Translations under genes and position numbers: made by a program
Notes under the pieces: model-generated
Told to the model about the DNA's origin: nothing
Seen by the model: only the letters and a program-made list of their open reading frames with translations
Databases searched by the model: none
In this document: one piece after another, positions 41,711 through 51,375 of the stretch
How the letters are laid out: every line of letters begins with the position of its first letter
How positions within the stretch are numbered: the stretch's first letter is position 1
Assembly: GCA_963806855.1 (NCBI GenBank)
Contig: CAWDYW010000001.1
Span: 672,001 to 736,000 of the forward strand
Reading direction: 5' to 3'
Source of the DNA: an uncultured Verrucomicrobiae bacterium
Lineage (GTDB): Bacteria > Chlamydiota > Chlamydiia > Chlamydiales > Rhabdochlamydiaceae
DNA: 64,000 nt

Positions 41711-43254
41711 GGAGAGGGATCTAAAATCGAATCGTATTGCGCCTTAATCCCCCAAATTGCATCAGGGTCGAGCTGTTGATATCTCTTATATTTTTGGATT
41801 CGGTCATTTTCTTTGGCCCATCCCAAATGCTTGAGCCGTAAATTGGACGATTGGATTCGGAAGCCATAGATTGTTGTCGGAAATCGACCACAATGTTGAG
41901 GTGCCTCTTTCCATCGATAGGCAACTTCTGGGCGATAGCGCACTAAAAAAGGGATATGGTAGTTATGGGCACTCCATAGAGAATCATCGCGGAAATGGGT
42001 CTCATTCCAAAAATCATAGAGTCTAAAGGCAAAACCATCGACGTCGGGGTTTTTGAGCATCTCTACTATCTCTTGGTCGAACCGCTCTTCAAAGATCTCA
42101 TCGGCATCGAGAATCAGAATCCAGTCGGGATCGGTTTTCGTCACCTCTTCCCATAGCTGCTTGCGTAGGTTGACCTCATTTGAGAATTTGGACTCGCTAT
42201 TTCGAATGATGCGCAGAGGAATGTCTTTAAGGATTTCTTGGCATACCTGGATTGTATTGTCTGTGCTCGCATCGTCGACGATGACGGCATCGGTGATATA
42301 TTCACGCGCTTTCTCAAGCGCTTGTCTTAAATACCGATCGGATTCATTTTTCACGCACATCGCCAGAGTAAGCCGGGGCATATTTTGGGCGCATTGCCGT
42401 TTAAAAGCTGCCACCCCTTCCAGATTGGACTCACGATAAATATGGTAGGCTGGGTAGTGGGTATCAACATAAAGGCCGATTCCAAGAGCAGCAGCCCGAA
42501 TGCAGAAGTGGCGGTCTTCACCCCAAAACGTGATGTTAGGGATTTTTTTAAAACTCACCCCTTTTTGCAATGCTGATTTGCTGATGAGGGTGCAGGCGCC
42601 AAGTCCTCCTACAGGATAGACTCCCGGTTTTTTTAATTTGTTAATGAAATTAACCGTCCTTTTGACAGATTCTTCCTGTGTGAGCTTTTCCCCAGCTGCT
42701 TGCTCATTTAGGGTGTATTGATCATAGAGCCATACTTGAGGCAAAGGGATGGATTCTGGTGTCCATCTGGTCCAAAAAATTTCGGAGACGATTTCTTTAT
42801 TATCTCCGATCAAGTGCTCTATCGTTTTAGGATGGAGCACAATGTCTGAGTCGATCAGAAAAAGGTAGTCATAATTTTTTTGATTGGCAAATTGGATGAT
42901 CCGATCTTTAAAGGCGGCCACTTTCCAAATGTTGTCATCACTCCAGTGGTGCGTGACCTCGTTGCACTGATAGGGGGAAGATGAGGGGGCCTCTGGACTC
43001 AAGATCGAGCATTTCTTCCCCTTTTTTTGCGCAAATGCATGAAGAATCGCTTTTGATTGTTCTAGGTCGTTGTCATCGACGAAAAGAAAATGAAGGGTGC
43101 AGGCGGACTGATCAATTCGATCCAATGATTCGAGAAACTCCTTCAGAATGGCTGGCTTTTGCCGAATAGGGGAACCTACCAAGATGGTGGGCTTAGGAGT
43201 GGCAAAGACTGAGATTGAGAGAAAGAGGAAAAGGAAGAAAAAGCTCTTTTTCAT
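41686..43254 (-). CDS. Two-domain GT-A/GT2 glycosyltransferase with signal peptide
   Basis: FLIDSD, GGLGACTLI and WGEDRHFC in domain 1; VKNE, VDDASTD and LDADE in domain 2. Confidence 0.88.
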   Translation of the reverse strand: MKKSFFFLFLFLSISVFATPKPTILVGSPIRQKPAILKEFLESLDRIDQSACTLHFLFVDDNDLEQSKAILHAFAQKKGKKCSILSPEAPSSSPYQCNEVTHHWSDDNIWKVAAFKDRIIQFANQKNYDYLFLIDSDIVLHPKTIEHLIGDNKEIVSEIFWTRWTPESIPLPQVWLYDQYTLNEQAAGEKLTQEESVKRTVNFINKLKKPGVYPVGGLGACTLISKSALQKGVSFKKIPNITFWGEDRHFCIRAAALGIGLYVDTHYPAYHIYRESNLEGVAAFKRQCAQNMPRLTLAMCVKNESDRYLRQALEKAREYITDAVIVDDASTDNTIQVCQEILKDIPLRIIRNSESKFSNEVNLRKQLWEEVTKTDPDWILILDADEIFEERFDQEIVEMLKNPDVDGFAFRLYDFWNETHFRDDSLWSAHNYHIPFLVRYRPEVAYRWKEAPQHCGRFPTTIYGFRIQSSNLRLKHLGWAKENDRIQKYKRYQQLDPDAIWGIKAQYDSILDPSPHLTKWEE

Positions 43255-43356
43255 TTTTTTAGCGTCCCTTTGATGATTTCGGTGATCCGTCTGCATGCTT
43301 GGCCGTCTCCATAAATGGAGCACTGGTTGTTGAGCGCTCAAAAGCAATTGAGAGAC

Positions 43357-43523
43357 TATACCCCGACTCGCCCAAAAGTGTGAATTTGGACCGCGCCAAA
43401 GCCTCGGGGTTCAACTGTTTTTCCGAGGGTTGTATTAAGTCGATACTACCCTCGGAAAAACAGTTGAACCGCGAGAGCTTTCGCGTGGGTCCAAATTCAC
43501 ACTTTTGGGCGAGTCGGGGTATA
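43357..43523. repeat. 167-bp imperfect palindromic element, copy 3 (divergent arms)
   Basis: 36-bp perfect terminal inverted repeat tataccccgactcgcccaaaagtgtgaatttggacc; apex GAGGGTTGTAT...GATACTACCCTC. Confidence 0.92.
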
Positions 43524-43613
43524 AAACAAGGAAAAAAAACAAACGGTTTCATTCCGCAGAATTCTGAACGGAGCTGCGAAAAAAGTCAACTCTACACAAT
43601 CTCATTCACTATG

Positions 43614-44393
43614 TTACTGAAAGCAAGATTCAAAATGATCTTTCCGCTTAGCCAAGAATGCATGATCGGTGAGCTCATCGATATGGATGGGTACAGCAGT
43701 GACATAACCTTGCTGGAGAAGGGCCACGTCGCTTTCTTCATGCTCATCATGGTGTGCCCACTGGCCCCCGTGCCAATAGTAGGGGACGCCGTCGGGATGG
43801 ATCCGGTGTGACGGATCTTCAACCCAAAGGCCCTTTCCTTGACGTGCGAGCTTGACCCCTTTGAAGGAGGAGAATTTAGTTGGGAAATTGACGTTGAGGA
43901 TCGTTCCAGCAGAAAGGGGATGTTCGAGGATATGTTTCACCATCGGAGCGATGTACGATTCGATTATCTCATAGCGGGGAGTGTCAAATTCAGTGCTCGA
44001 AAAGGCGATTCCAGGTGTCTTGCGTAGAGCCCCTTCGATGACGCCGCCGATTGTGCCGCTGTAGAGAACGTTGCGCCCTGAGTTTGAGCCGCGGTTGATC
44101 CCTGAAACGATCAGGTCAGGTTTTTCACTGAGAATGATCCGCGTGCCGAAACGGACACAATCAGCAGGGGTGCCGTTTATTTTCCAAGCGGGCGTGCCCC
44201 GTTCCCATTTGACCGGACTGATCGTAATGGGCTGGTGGAGGGTGAGACCAAGACCAACGCCAGATTTTTCAGCAGCAGGTGCGATGATCGAGACATCGGC
44301 TATATCGACTAGGGCATGCCAAAGGTGCCAAATCCCCTCGGCGTGAATCCCATCGTCATTAGTAATTAAAATTTTCGGTCTTTTCTCAATCAT
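43614..44393 (-). CDS. surE: 5'/3'-nucleotidase SurE
   Basis: ILITNDDGI, GTPADCV, SGINRGSN, YSGT. Confidence 0.96.
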   Translation of the reverse strand: MIEKRPKILITNDDGIHAEGIWHLWHALVDIADVSIIAPAAEKSGVGLGLTLHQPITISPVKWERGTPAWKINGTPADCVRFGTRIILSEKPDLIVSGINRGSNSGRNVLYSGTIGGVIEGALRKTPGIAFSSTEFDTPRYEIIESYIAPMVKHILEHPLSAGTILNVNFPTKFSSFKGVKLARQGKGLWVEDPSHRIHPDGVPYYWHGGQWAHHDEHEESDVALLQQGYVTAVPIHIDELTDHAFLAKRKDHFESCFQ

Positions 44394-44410
44394 GGCTCAA
44401 AGTATACCAA

Positions 44411-45865
44411 TTATCGGATTTCTTCGGTTAGAACGTTCTTTTTGGTTGTCAAATGGGAGACAATCCAGATCGACAAGAAGCTAATCAAGAAGGCTGGAGG
44501 CAGCGGGGGGATGTCAAATGGAAATTTGTTTTGAACGAGCGGCCAGAGGGCAGCGACAAGCCCGCCGGTGACGATGCCGGTCCAAGCCCCATATTTATTG
44601 ATCTTGCGCATGTAGAGGCAGAGGAGCAGTAGCGGCCCGAAGGAGGCTCCAAGGCCAGACCAGGCATAGAGGACGAGGCCATAGATCGTGTCGATTTGGC
44701 CAATAGCGATGATAAAGGCGATGAGAGAGACGAAAATCACCCCCACCCTAGAGACTAGAAGAAGCTCTTTTGGTGAGGCTTTGGGGTGGAACACTTTTTT
44801 GTAAATGTCTTCGGTCAAGCTTGAAGAGAGGACGAGAACCATTGAACTCATCGCATTGATCGTCGCAGCGAAGACCGCACAGAGAATCAGCCCGACAAAG
44901 AAGGGATGGAACGATTGCTTCACCATCTGGATGAACACTTCGGCTTCAACAGGCAGCGGAGATTTGAAGAAGGGGATTCCAACCAGTCCGACCAGCGTTG
45001 CCGCTCCGAGCGCAAGAACCATCCAACTCATCCCGACTAATTTTGACTTGCCGATATCCTTAACCTTTTTAATTCCCATGAACTTGGTGATGATGTGGGG
45101 TTGGCCAAAGTAACCGAGCCCCCAGCCGATCGTTAAAAAGAATACATCGAATAGGGTATTAGCCTGGAAATTGGGAATGAGACTCGCTGTGAGCTGTTTG
45201 GTATTAATCGCAGAGTAGATTCCCTGAAATCCTCCAACCTTAGGAAGCAGAAAGAGAGGAACAAAAATGATCACACAGAGCAAGAACAACCCTTGGCAGA
45301 GGTCGATCCAGGCAAGCGTCGTATATCCACCGACAAAGACATAGGGGACCACGATCAAGATTCCAATGATGACGCCGAGATGGTATTCGATTCCGAAAAG
45401 AGTATTGAGCACCAGCCCCATCCCAACGAGAGCCGCCGAAATGTAAATCGTATAGAAAATAAAGAGCATGACAGCCGTGAAGATGCGGATGATTCCGGAA
45501 GTATCACCGAGACGGCTTTCAAAAAAGGAAGAGAAGGTCAAGCTGTTGTAGGCCTCCGTTGCAGTACGGACCCGCGGGGCGATCAGCTGCCAGTTGAGGA
45601 ACATAAAGATAACCAGACCGATCCCGGTCCAAGCTTGTTGCATGCCAAGCAGGTAGATCATCGCGGGGTAGCCCATGAAGAGCCAGCTGCTCATATCGCT
45701 GGCATGGGCCGCCAGGGCTGTCATCCAGAAATTTAGCGAGCGGTCACCGATGATGAAGTCGGTGTCGGAGTGTTGCTTTTTGTAGGAGGCGACGGCGACA
45801 AAAATTAAAGCGCCGAAATAGAGAAATACGGCGAAAAATTCCCATAAAAGCGAAGATAAATTCAT
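44411..45865 (-). CDS. putP: Sodium/proline symporter
   Basis: ASDMSSWLFMGYP, WGLGYFGQPHI, YAWSGLGASFGP. Confidence 0.92.
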   Translation of the reverse strand: MNLSSLLWEFFAVFLYFGALIFVAVASYKKQHSDTDFIIGDRSLNFWMTALAAHASDMSSWLFMGYPAMIYLLGMQQAWTGIGLVIFMFLNWQLIAPRVRTATEAYNSLTFSSFFESRLGDTSGIIRIFTAVMLFIFYTIYISAALVGMGLVLNTLFGIEYHLGVIIGILIVVPYVFVGGYTTLAWIDLCQGLFLLCVIIFVPLFLLPKVGGFQGIYSAINTKQLTASLIPNFQANTLFDVFFLTIGWGLGYFGQPHIITKFMGIKKVKDIGKSKLVGMSWMVLALGAATLVGLVGIPFFKSPLPVEAEVFIQMVKQSFHPFFVGLILCAVFAATINAMSSMVLVLSSSLTEDIYKKVFHPKASPKELLLVSRVGVIFVSLIAFIIAIGQIDTIYGLVLYAWSGLGASFGPLLLLCLYMRKINKYGAWTGIVTGGLVAALWPLVQNKFPFDIPPLPPAFLISFLSIWIVSHLTTKKNVLTEEIR

Positions 45866-46608
45866 TTATTCAAAGCCTTGTTTGACCCATAGATCAAGCT
45901 GGCTTGTGCCAAATTTTCCCGCGCGTTTGGAAAGAGCTCTTCGATCTCCTGAAGGAGAAGCTCTGTCTTCCTGCGCATGGAATTTTGCCCCACTGGACAC
46001 TGACACAAGATCCTGGCAAATCCATGTTGACCTGCAAATTCTCTGATACTATTTTCACAGATGAAAAGCAAGGGGCGGATGATGGTGACACCATAATCGA
46101 CCATCGGCACTTTAGGCAAATTGGCGGCGAATTCTGCTTTATGAAGCAGATTAAGAAGCAGAGTTTGGATACTGTCATCACGGTGATGGCCAAAGGCGAT
46201 CGTCGTAATGCCGCGCGCTTTAGCTGCATCGAAGATCAGCTTGCGCCGCTCGCGCGAGCAGGGGTAGCAGGCGAGCGTTTCGAGTTTTTGCTTGGACGTC
46301 TCTTCGACAAACTCGACACCGAGCTGATGGCAGATCCCCTTTAAAAAGTCGGTATGCACCCCAGCGCCACACGAAAATGGGCCGCCAACGTGGATTGCAG
46401 TCACCGGGATCTCTGGAAAGCCGTTGCCTAAAATCGCTTTAAGCAAAAATAAAAGGGTGAGACTATCCTTACCGCCACTTAAGGCGATCGCCAATTTGTC
46501 GACTCCTTCGAGGAGCTGGAACTCATAGAGCGCCTTGCGGCACATGCTCTCGAGCTTCCGGCCGAGCCCTGTCCAAGGGGGTCTAGCTATAGGGGTGAGA
46601 AGTTGCAT
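45862..46608 (-). CDS. ttcA: tRNA 2-thiocytidine biosynthesis protein, TtcA family
   Basis: SGGKDS PP-loop, CYPCSRERR, GHHRDD, IIRPL, CQCP. Confidence 0.88.
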   Translation of the reverse strand: MQLLTPIARPPWTGLGRKLESMCRKALYEFQLLEGVDKLAIALSGGKDSLTLLFLLKAILGNGFPEIPVTAIHVGGPFSCGAGVHTDFLKGICHQLGVEFVEETSKQKLETLACYPCSRERRKLIFDAAKARGITTIAFGHHRDDSIQTLLLNLLHKAEFAANLPKVPMVDYGVTIIRPLLFICENSIREFAGQHGFARILCQCPVGQNSMRRKTELLLQEIEELFPNARENLAQASLIYGSNKALNK

Positions 46609-46650
46609 CCAATCCTCCGCCCTGCTATTATAGCCTTAAAAAGGAAATAA

Positions 46651-46914
46651 ATGACGAAAAAAGTTGGTCGGAATGACCCATGCCCGTGCGGCTCAGGAAA
46701 AAAATATAAAAGTTGTTGCGGACAGCAAGGGACCAAGAAGAAATTCCAGGCTTCCGTGATCTCCGGCGGCACGGCACTAGGGAAGACTCTCGAGGGGAGA
46801 GCGGCGAAAATCTCTACAAATTTCTTTAGCAAGCCCCAACCTATGCAGGGCGAGCCACGCAAAATCGAGGCTAATAAACCCCATCATCCTCCAGAAGCCG
46901 ACAAGCCTATGTAA
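46651..46914 (+). CDS. SEC-C metal-binding motif protein
   Basis: [18 protein letters not shown]. Confidence 0.85.
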   Translation: MTKKVGRNDPCPCGSGKKYKSCCGQQGTKKKFQASVISGGTALGKTLEGRAAKISTNFFSKPQPMQGEPRKIEANKPHHPPEADKPM

Positions 46915-46937
46915 ACTCTCTGTACAATTAGGTCTGT

Positions 46938-47027
46938 TTCAACGCAAAGACGCAAAGTCGCCAAGACGCAAAAAAAATAAATTTACTTTTTCTTTGCGTC
47001 TTGGCGACTTTGCGCCTTTGCGTTGAA
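46938..47027. repeat. REP-like palindrome with CGCAAAG sub-repeats
   Basis: ttcaacgcaaagacgcaaagtcgccaagacgcaaa / tttgcgtcttggcgactttgcgcctttgcgttgaa, between convergent genes. Confidence 0.88.
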
Positions 47028-47048
47028 TTTGGTCTATTTGAAAAATTC

Positions 47049-48092
47049 TTAAACTTTCTTTGCTTCGATGACCGCAAATTCAGTATCTGTTTGGGTGACC
47101 GATTCGATCTTGAAGCCCGCTTGCTTTAGCAGCTCTTCAAAATCCTTTCTTGTTCTCTCTTTGCCGCCGGTGATTGCCATCATATAGACATCCATGCTCT
47201 TAGAGTAGGGATTGTCAGAAGAAATGATCGGCTCTACCAAAACGAGCGTTCCTTTAGAGGGCATCGCGTTGTGGCATTGCTTTAAGATTTTCAGAGCATC
47301 GGCATCATTCCAATCGTGGACGACCGATTTCAAGAGGTAGGCCTCTCCATCAGAGGGGACGCTTTTGAAAAAGTCACCTGCGATCACACCGCATCTTTCG
47401 CCAAAAGTTTTGAGATTGGGTTGTGCCTCTTTTACAACGGCAGCAGTATCAAATAATAGCCCTCTCATCGTCGGGTTCTTCTTTAGGAGAGCGGATAAGA
47501 AATGTCCAACGCCTCCACCGATATCATAAACTTTGGTGAATTTGCCAAAATCATAGGCATTCATGCAAGAGGTAATGACGATTTGCGACTTTTCCTTCAT
47601 CGCTTCGTTGAATTTCTTCGCGGAGGCTGGATGGTCTTTAAAGTAGGCAAATACAGGTTGTTGATAGGTGAGGTCGAAGGCAGGCTTACCCTCTTTCACG
47701 CAGCTGGCGAGTTGATCGAAGCTGCGGCTCATCTCCCCGCTGTAGAAGAGGACGAGAGAGCGAAGGGATTCAGGATGGTTTTGCGCCAAGAGAGCGCTTG
47801 TATCGGTGTTCGAAAATTGCCGATTGGCCCCTTCATTGAAAAAGCCTTCGCTAGCGAGAAAGCGCATCAAGCGGTAGAGGTTTTCCTCGTTGCAACCGGT
47901 GAGCTTTGCCAATTCTGAGATGCTCTTCGGTCCATCGGCAAGATGGGTCGCAATATCAAATTTGGCAGCTGTGTAGACTCCGTGCGCGACCCACTCTCCA
48001 GCTACAAGAGAGAGGACTTTTTGTCTTTCAGCAGAGTTGTCTGCGGAAAAAAGGAGTGATGTACATGTGAGTAAAAGTAGGAACGTTTTCAT
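47049..48092 (-). CDS. SAM-dependent O-methyltransferase (dimerisation domain plus Methyltransf_2 type) with signal-like N-terminus
   Basis: DIGGGVG, GDFF, LKSVVHDW and GGKERT motifs; start MKTFLLLLTCTSLLFSA. Confidence 0.9.
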   Translation of the reverse strand: MKTFLLLLTCTSLLFSADNSAERQKVLSLVAGEWVAHGVYTAAKFDIATHLADGPKSISELAKLTGCNEENLYRLMRFLASEGFFNEGANRQFSNTDTSALLAQNHPESLRSLVLFYSGEMSRSFDQLASCVKEGKPAFDLTYQQPVFAYFKDHPASAKKFNEAMKEKSQIVITSCMNAYDFGKFTKVYDIGGGVGHFLSALLKKNPTMRGLLFDTAAVVKEAQPNLKTFGERCGVIAGDFFKSVPSDGEAYLLKSVVHDWNDADALKILKQCHNAMPSKGTLVLVEPIISSDNPYSKSMDVYMMAITGGKERTRKDFEELLKQAGFKIESVTQTDTEFAVIEAKKV

Positions 48093-48255
48093 GCCGTCAT
48101 TTTGCAACATGTCCGATTTTTTGAGTATGATTTTTTGATTGGAGTATAAAATAAAAAGACCTATCTCGTTTATTTTCAATAATTAGATGTTTCTTTCTAT
48201 TTTTATTTCACAGTATAATATTTATTTATGTTAATAATAATGTAAGGGCGGCTTT

Positions 48256-48558
48256 ATGAATAAATGTCTATTTTTATTAGTTTTCTTATTTGGTCCAATA
48301 GCCGCATTTTCAGCCTCTCAATCTCAAGTGATCACAGTTGACGACGACGACGATAATGATGACCAAGGCTATTACGATGATGGCTACTACAATGATGGGG
48401 TCGTTTGGGTCGGACCAGGATACTATTATGGGACCTGGTTTAACTCTGAAAATGACTTCAATGGTTGGAGACGTAATTACTACTGGAGAGGTGGAGGGAG
48501 AGCTTACCGCGGGGGCGGAGGGGGATACCGTGCAGGTCGCGGCGGTGGAAGAAGGTAA
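48256..48558 (+). CDS. Small secreted protein with acidic/aromatic core and Gly/Arg tail
   Basis: Signal peptide; paralogous to the next gene. Confidence 0.8.
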   Translation: MNKCLFLLVFLFGPIAAFSASQSQVITVDDDDDNDDQGYYDDGYYNDGVVWVGPGYYYGTWFNSENDFNGWRRNYYWRGGGRAYRGGGGGYRAGRGGGRR

Positions 48559-48575
48559 ATTAAAAGAGGGAAAAA

Positions 48576-48938
48576 ATGAAAAAAGCATTATGGTTGTTTG
48601 CAATTTTTGGGAGCTTGGGGTTCAGCGCAATGGATGCTGCTGCCGTCCAAGTTCAGGTCGGACCAGGATACGATGATGAGTACTGTGATGATTGTTATGA
48701 CTACGGCTATTGGAATGATGGCGTTGTTTGGGCCGGTCCAGGCTGGTACTACGGTTACTGGTTTGCGAATGAACCTGCCTTTTGGGGTTGGCGCAGAAAC
48801 TACTACTGGCGAGGGCACGGGCATGGTTGGCATCACGGAGGTCATCACGGCGGTTGGCACGGCGGGCACCATGGAGGAGGACATCATGGGGGCGGACACC
48901 ACGGCGGTGGGCACCATGGTGGAGGCCATCACCGTTAA
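48576..48938 (+). CDS. Small secreted protein with acidic/aromatic core and GGHHG tail
   Basis: Signal peptide, GAGG RBS, shared NDGVVWxGPG...GWRRNYYWRG core. Confidence 0.8.
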   Translation: MKKALWLFAIFGSLGFSAMDAAAVQVQVGPGYDDEYCDDCYDYGYWNDGVVWAGPGWYYGYWFANEPAFWGWRRNYYWRGHGHGWHHGGHHGGWHGGHHGGGHHGGGHHGGGHHGGGHHR

Positions 48939-48950
48939 CCGAGTTTCCCT

Positions 48951-50909
48951 ATGTTGAGATTATTCCTGGCCCTACTATTGCTATTGCCGGTGGTCTCACA
49001 TGGGGAAAGCTTATTAAATCCTCTTGGGCAGGAATCGCAGCATGAGACGATTCCTAGCCCACTCCATTTAAGCTCCAGTTGGTGGCAATACTACGACGTC
49101 GACAAAGACAAGCTGGAGAAGAGGAAGGATGAGACCGAAAAACTCTTTGCTAGCCTGATCCAAAATCTGCCAGCAGAGGAGAAGGTCAAGGTCCAAGCAT
49201 TGGCAGATAAATTTGTCGCAGGGTTGCAGACGCTCATCGATCTGAAAGGGCAAAGCCAACCTGAGCTAAGTTACATTGCCACCTATCCAGAAAAATATAC
49301 CTTTCAGCAGTGGCTAGGGCTCGGCAAAAAATGGCTCGACAATCAGCGCGATCTTGAGCAGATACAGCTGAAATTGACCCTCATGCAGATCGCTCTGCGC
49401 TCGGGTAATCATCAGCTCGACACTCTTTTTGCAGCATATTTGGTGAGCAAAAATGAAGAGCTATCCATTCGCCTGGTCAAAAGCTTCGACATCATGAACA
49501 TGAAGCTCAATCTGGCCATCGAGCAGATCCAAGCGAACCTACTTAAAGCCCAGATCGAAGCGCAAAAAGAGAAGATCAAGCAAATTGAAAAAGAGGTTGC
49601 TTATTCACATAACCATATCGATTTTGCGACTGGAAATATCGATGAGCTCGACCAAAAGATTGCAAAGATGCAGAGCCGACTCAATGAGGAGCTAGGCCAA
49701 GAGAGCATCGATCAGCTGCTTGACCGGATGATCTTGATCAATTTAGAGCTGCAGAAAACGATCCTTCAGCTGGGAAGCAGGCAGATCACCACGCCGCCTG
49801 ATTATCGGGAAAAGATCGATCAGATCGAGAAAGAGACGCGCGATTGGAAAAATAAAACTGAGCTCATGCTCGACCAAGCGCTCAAAACCTCGGCCCTAGT
49901 CTCCCATCAAATGCTCGCAAATGCTGAGTCGATCATTTTGACTGTGCAGCAATTACAAAACGAAATCTTCTTCTCCAAATTCTTGATCGGGGAAATCCAC
50001 GCTCTCAAAAAGGAGATGCCGGCGACAGTTGGGGGTGTATTCGTCGGAATCGGCCACAGCATCGCCGATTTTTTCCAAGCACATGGGACCTGGTTTAAGC
50101 AAAGCCTCTTTAAATTGGGAAGCATCCCGGTGACGCCGCTTGGCCTCATCAAAATGATCTTGATCATCATGATCGCCTACCTGGTGGGAAAATTTTTAAG
50201 GCGGAGCATCCATAAATTTGGGAGGAAGCATGAGCTCATGACCAGCCCTGCCCTCTATATCCTAAGCCGGATGGTTTACTATGTGATCCTAGTGATCGGC
50301 CTCATCATCGCCGGAGCCAGTATCGGGCTCGATCTGACTGCGTTTGCCTACATCGCCGGTGCCATCACCGTCTGGATCGGGTTTAGCCTCCAGTCGATCT
50401 TCCACAACTTCATTTCAGGCATCATCATACTGCTGAGCAAATCGCTCAATATTGGCGATATCATCGTCCTAGATACCGGGGAAGTAGGGGAGATCACCGA
50501 GATAAACCTCAGGAACACCATTCTGACCACCTCCGATGGAGTGGAAGTCGTCATCCCCAACTCCGATCTGGTCACCAAGAAATTCACCAACCGCACCCTT
50601 GTCAAAAATAGCCGCAGAATCACCGTCCCCTTCCGGGTGCCTCTGAATGCCGATAAACCCTTCATCAAAAAGATTCTCACTGAAGCGGTCAAGGCGGCAC
50701 CGATCACTTTGCCCCATCCTCAGCCCGAGCTCTGGGTGACAAGCTACGGTGAAAACTTCCTCAATTGCGAACTGGCGATCTGGGTCAACGAAGCGCTCAG
50801 CCCGCTGCCCAACATGTCGACAAACGCCTACTACTTCAACCTGATCGACGATGCCTTGCGGGCGCACAACATCGAGATCCCTGTCATTACGCATGGATTC
50901 ACAAAATAG
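48951..50909 (+). CDS. MscS/MscK-like mechanosensitive channel with periplasmic coiled coil
   Basis: GFSLQSIFHNFISGIIIL, IGD, INLRNT and IPNS motifs. Confidence 0.9.
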   Translation: MLRLFLALLLLLPVVSHGESLLNPLGQESQHETIPSPLHLSSSWWQYYDVDKDKLEKRKDETEKLFASLIQNLPAEEKVKVQALADKFVAGLQTLIDLKGQSQPELSYIATYPEKYTFQQWLGLGKKWLDNQRDLEQIQLKLTLMQIALRSGNHQLDTLFAAYLVSKNEELSIRLVKSFDIMNMKLNLAIEQIQANLLKAQIEAQKEKIKQIEKEVAYSHNHIDFATGNIDELDQKIAKMQSRLNEELGQESIDQLLDRMILINLELQKTILQLGSRQITTPPDYREKIDQIEKETRDWKNKTELMLDQALKTSALVSHQMLANAESIILTVQQLQNEIFFSKFLIGEIHALKKEMPATVGGVFVGIGHSIADFFQAHGTWFKQSLFKLGSIPVTPLGLIKMILIIMIAYLVGKFLRRSIHKFGRKHELMTSPALYILSRMVYYVILVIGLIIAGASIGLDLTAFAYIAGAITVWIGFSLQSIFHNFISGIIILLSKSLNIGDIIVLDTGEVGEITEINLRNTILTTSDGVEVVIPNSDLVTKKFTNRTLVKNSRRITVPFRVPLNADKPFIKKILTEAVKAAPITLPHPQPELWVTSYGENFLNCELAIWVNEALSPLPNMSTNAYYFNLIDDALRAHNIEIPVITHGFTK

Positions 50910-51279
50910 CAATGCAGGAAATTTCGATAAGAGCATCCATCGGCAGGCGGGCCACTTGCACTGTTTGCCGAGCTGGCTTGATCGGACCCGAGAATTTCTC
51001 CCCATAGATTGCATTCACTTTCTGGAAATCATTCATGTCTTTTACAAACACTTCCACTTTCACCACATCGGCAAAAGACAACCCCGCAGCCATTAAAATC
51101 GCCTCGATATTGCGGAAAACTTGGCTAGTCTGCCACTCGATCGTCATTTCATCGATCTTCCCCGTTTTCGGATTGACCGGGATTTGCCCAGAGACAAAGA
51201 GAAATTGCTCCGTTGCGACAGCTTGTGAATAGGGGCCAATTGCTTTCGGGGCATCTGGTGTATCGATTTGCTTTTTCAT
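50899..51279 (-). CDS. ridA: RidA (YjgF/YER057c/UK114) imine deaminase
   Basis: APKAIGPYSQA, SGQIP, PAR..V.VARLP...IEI. Confidence 0.93.
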   Translation of the reverse strand: MKKQIDTPDAPKAIGPYSQAVATEQFLFVSGQIPVNPKTGKIDEMTIEWQTSQVFRNIEAILMAAGLSFADVVKVEVFVKDMNDFQKVNAIYGEKFSGPIKPARQTVQVARLPMDALIEISCIAIL

Positions 51280-51375
51280 CTGAAGTCCATTTTTTCTTTG
51301 AATGTTATCAAAATGATGACATTCATGCATTCGAGCATGTTGAATAATTTAACTCTCTGAAAATCAAAAAAATTA

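Noticed and set aside
43255..43350. Possible riboswitch upstream of the two-domain glycosyltransferase
   Set aside because: Only a short CTCCAT/ATGGAG hairpin and a GGGACGC word; I cannot match a full known aptamer. An Rfam scan would settle it.
39926..43523. Genomic island integrated at the tRNA pair
   Set aside because: No duplicated tRNA 3' end and no integrase seen.
43259..43811. ORFs 43299..43811 (+) and 43259..43552 (-)
   Set aside because: They read through the palindromic element, mirror each other and overlap surE; no independent coding evidence.
48820..48935. 15-bp periodic repeats as a CRISPR-like array
   Set aside because: They are coding GGHHG repeats with synonymous variation, no spacers and no cas genes.
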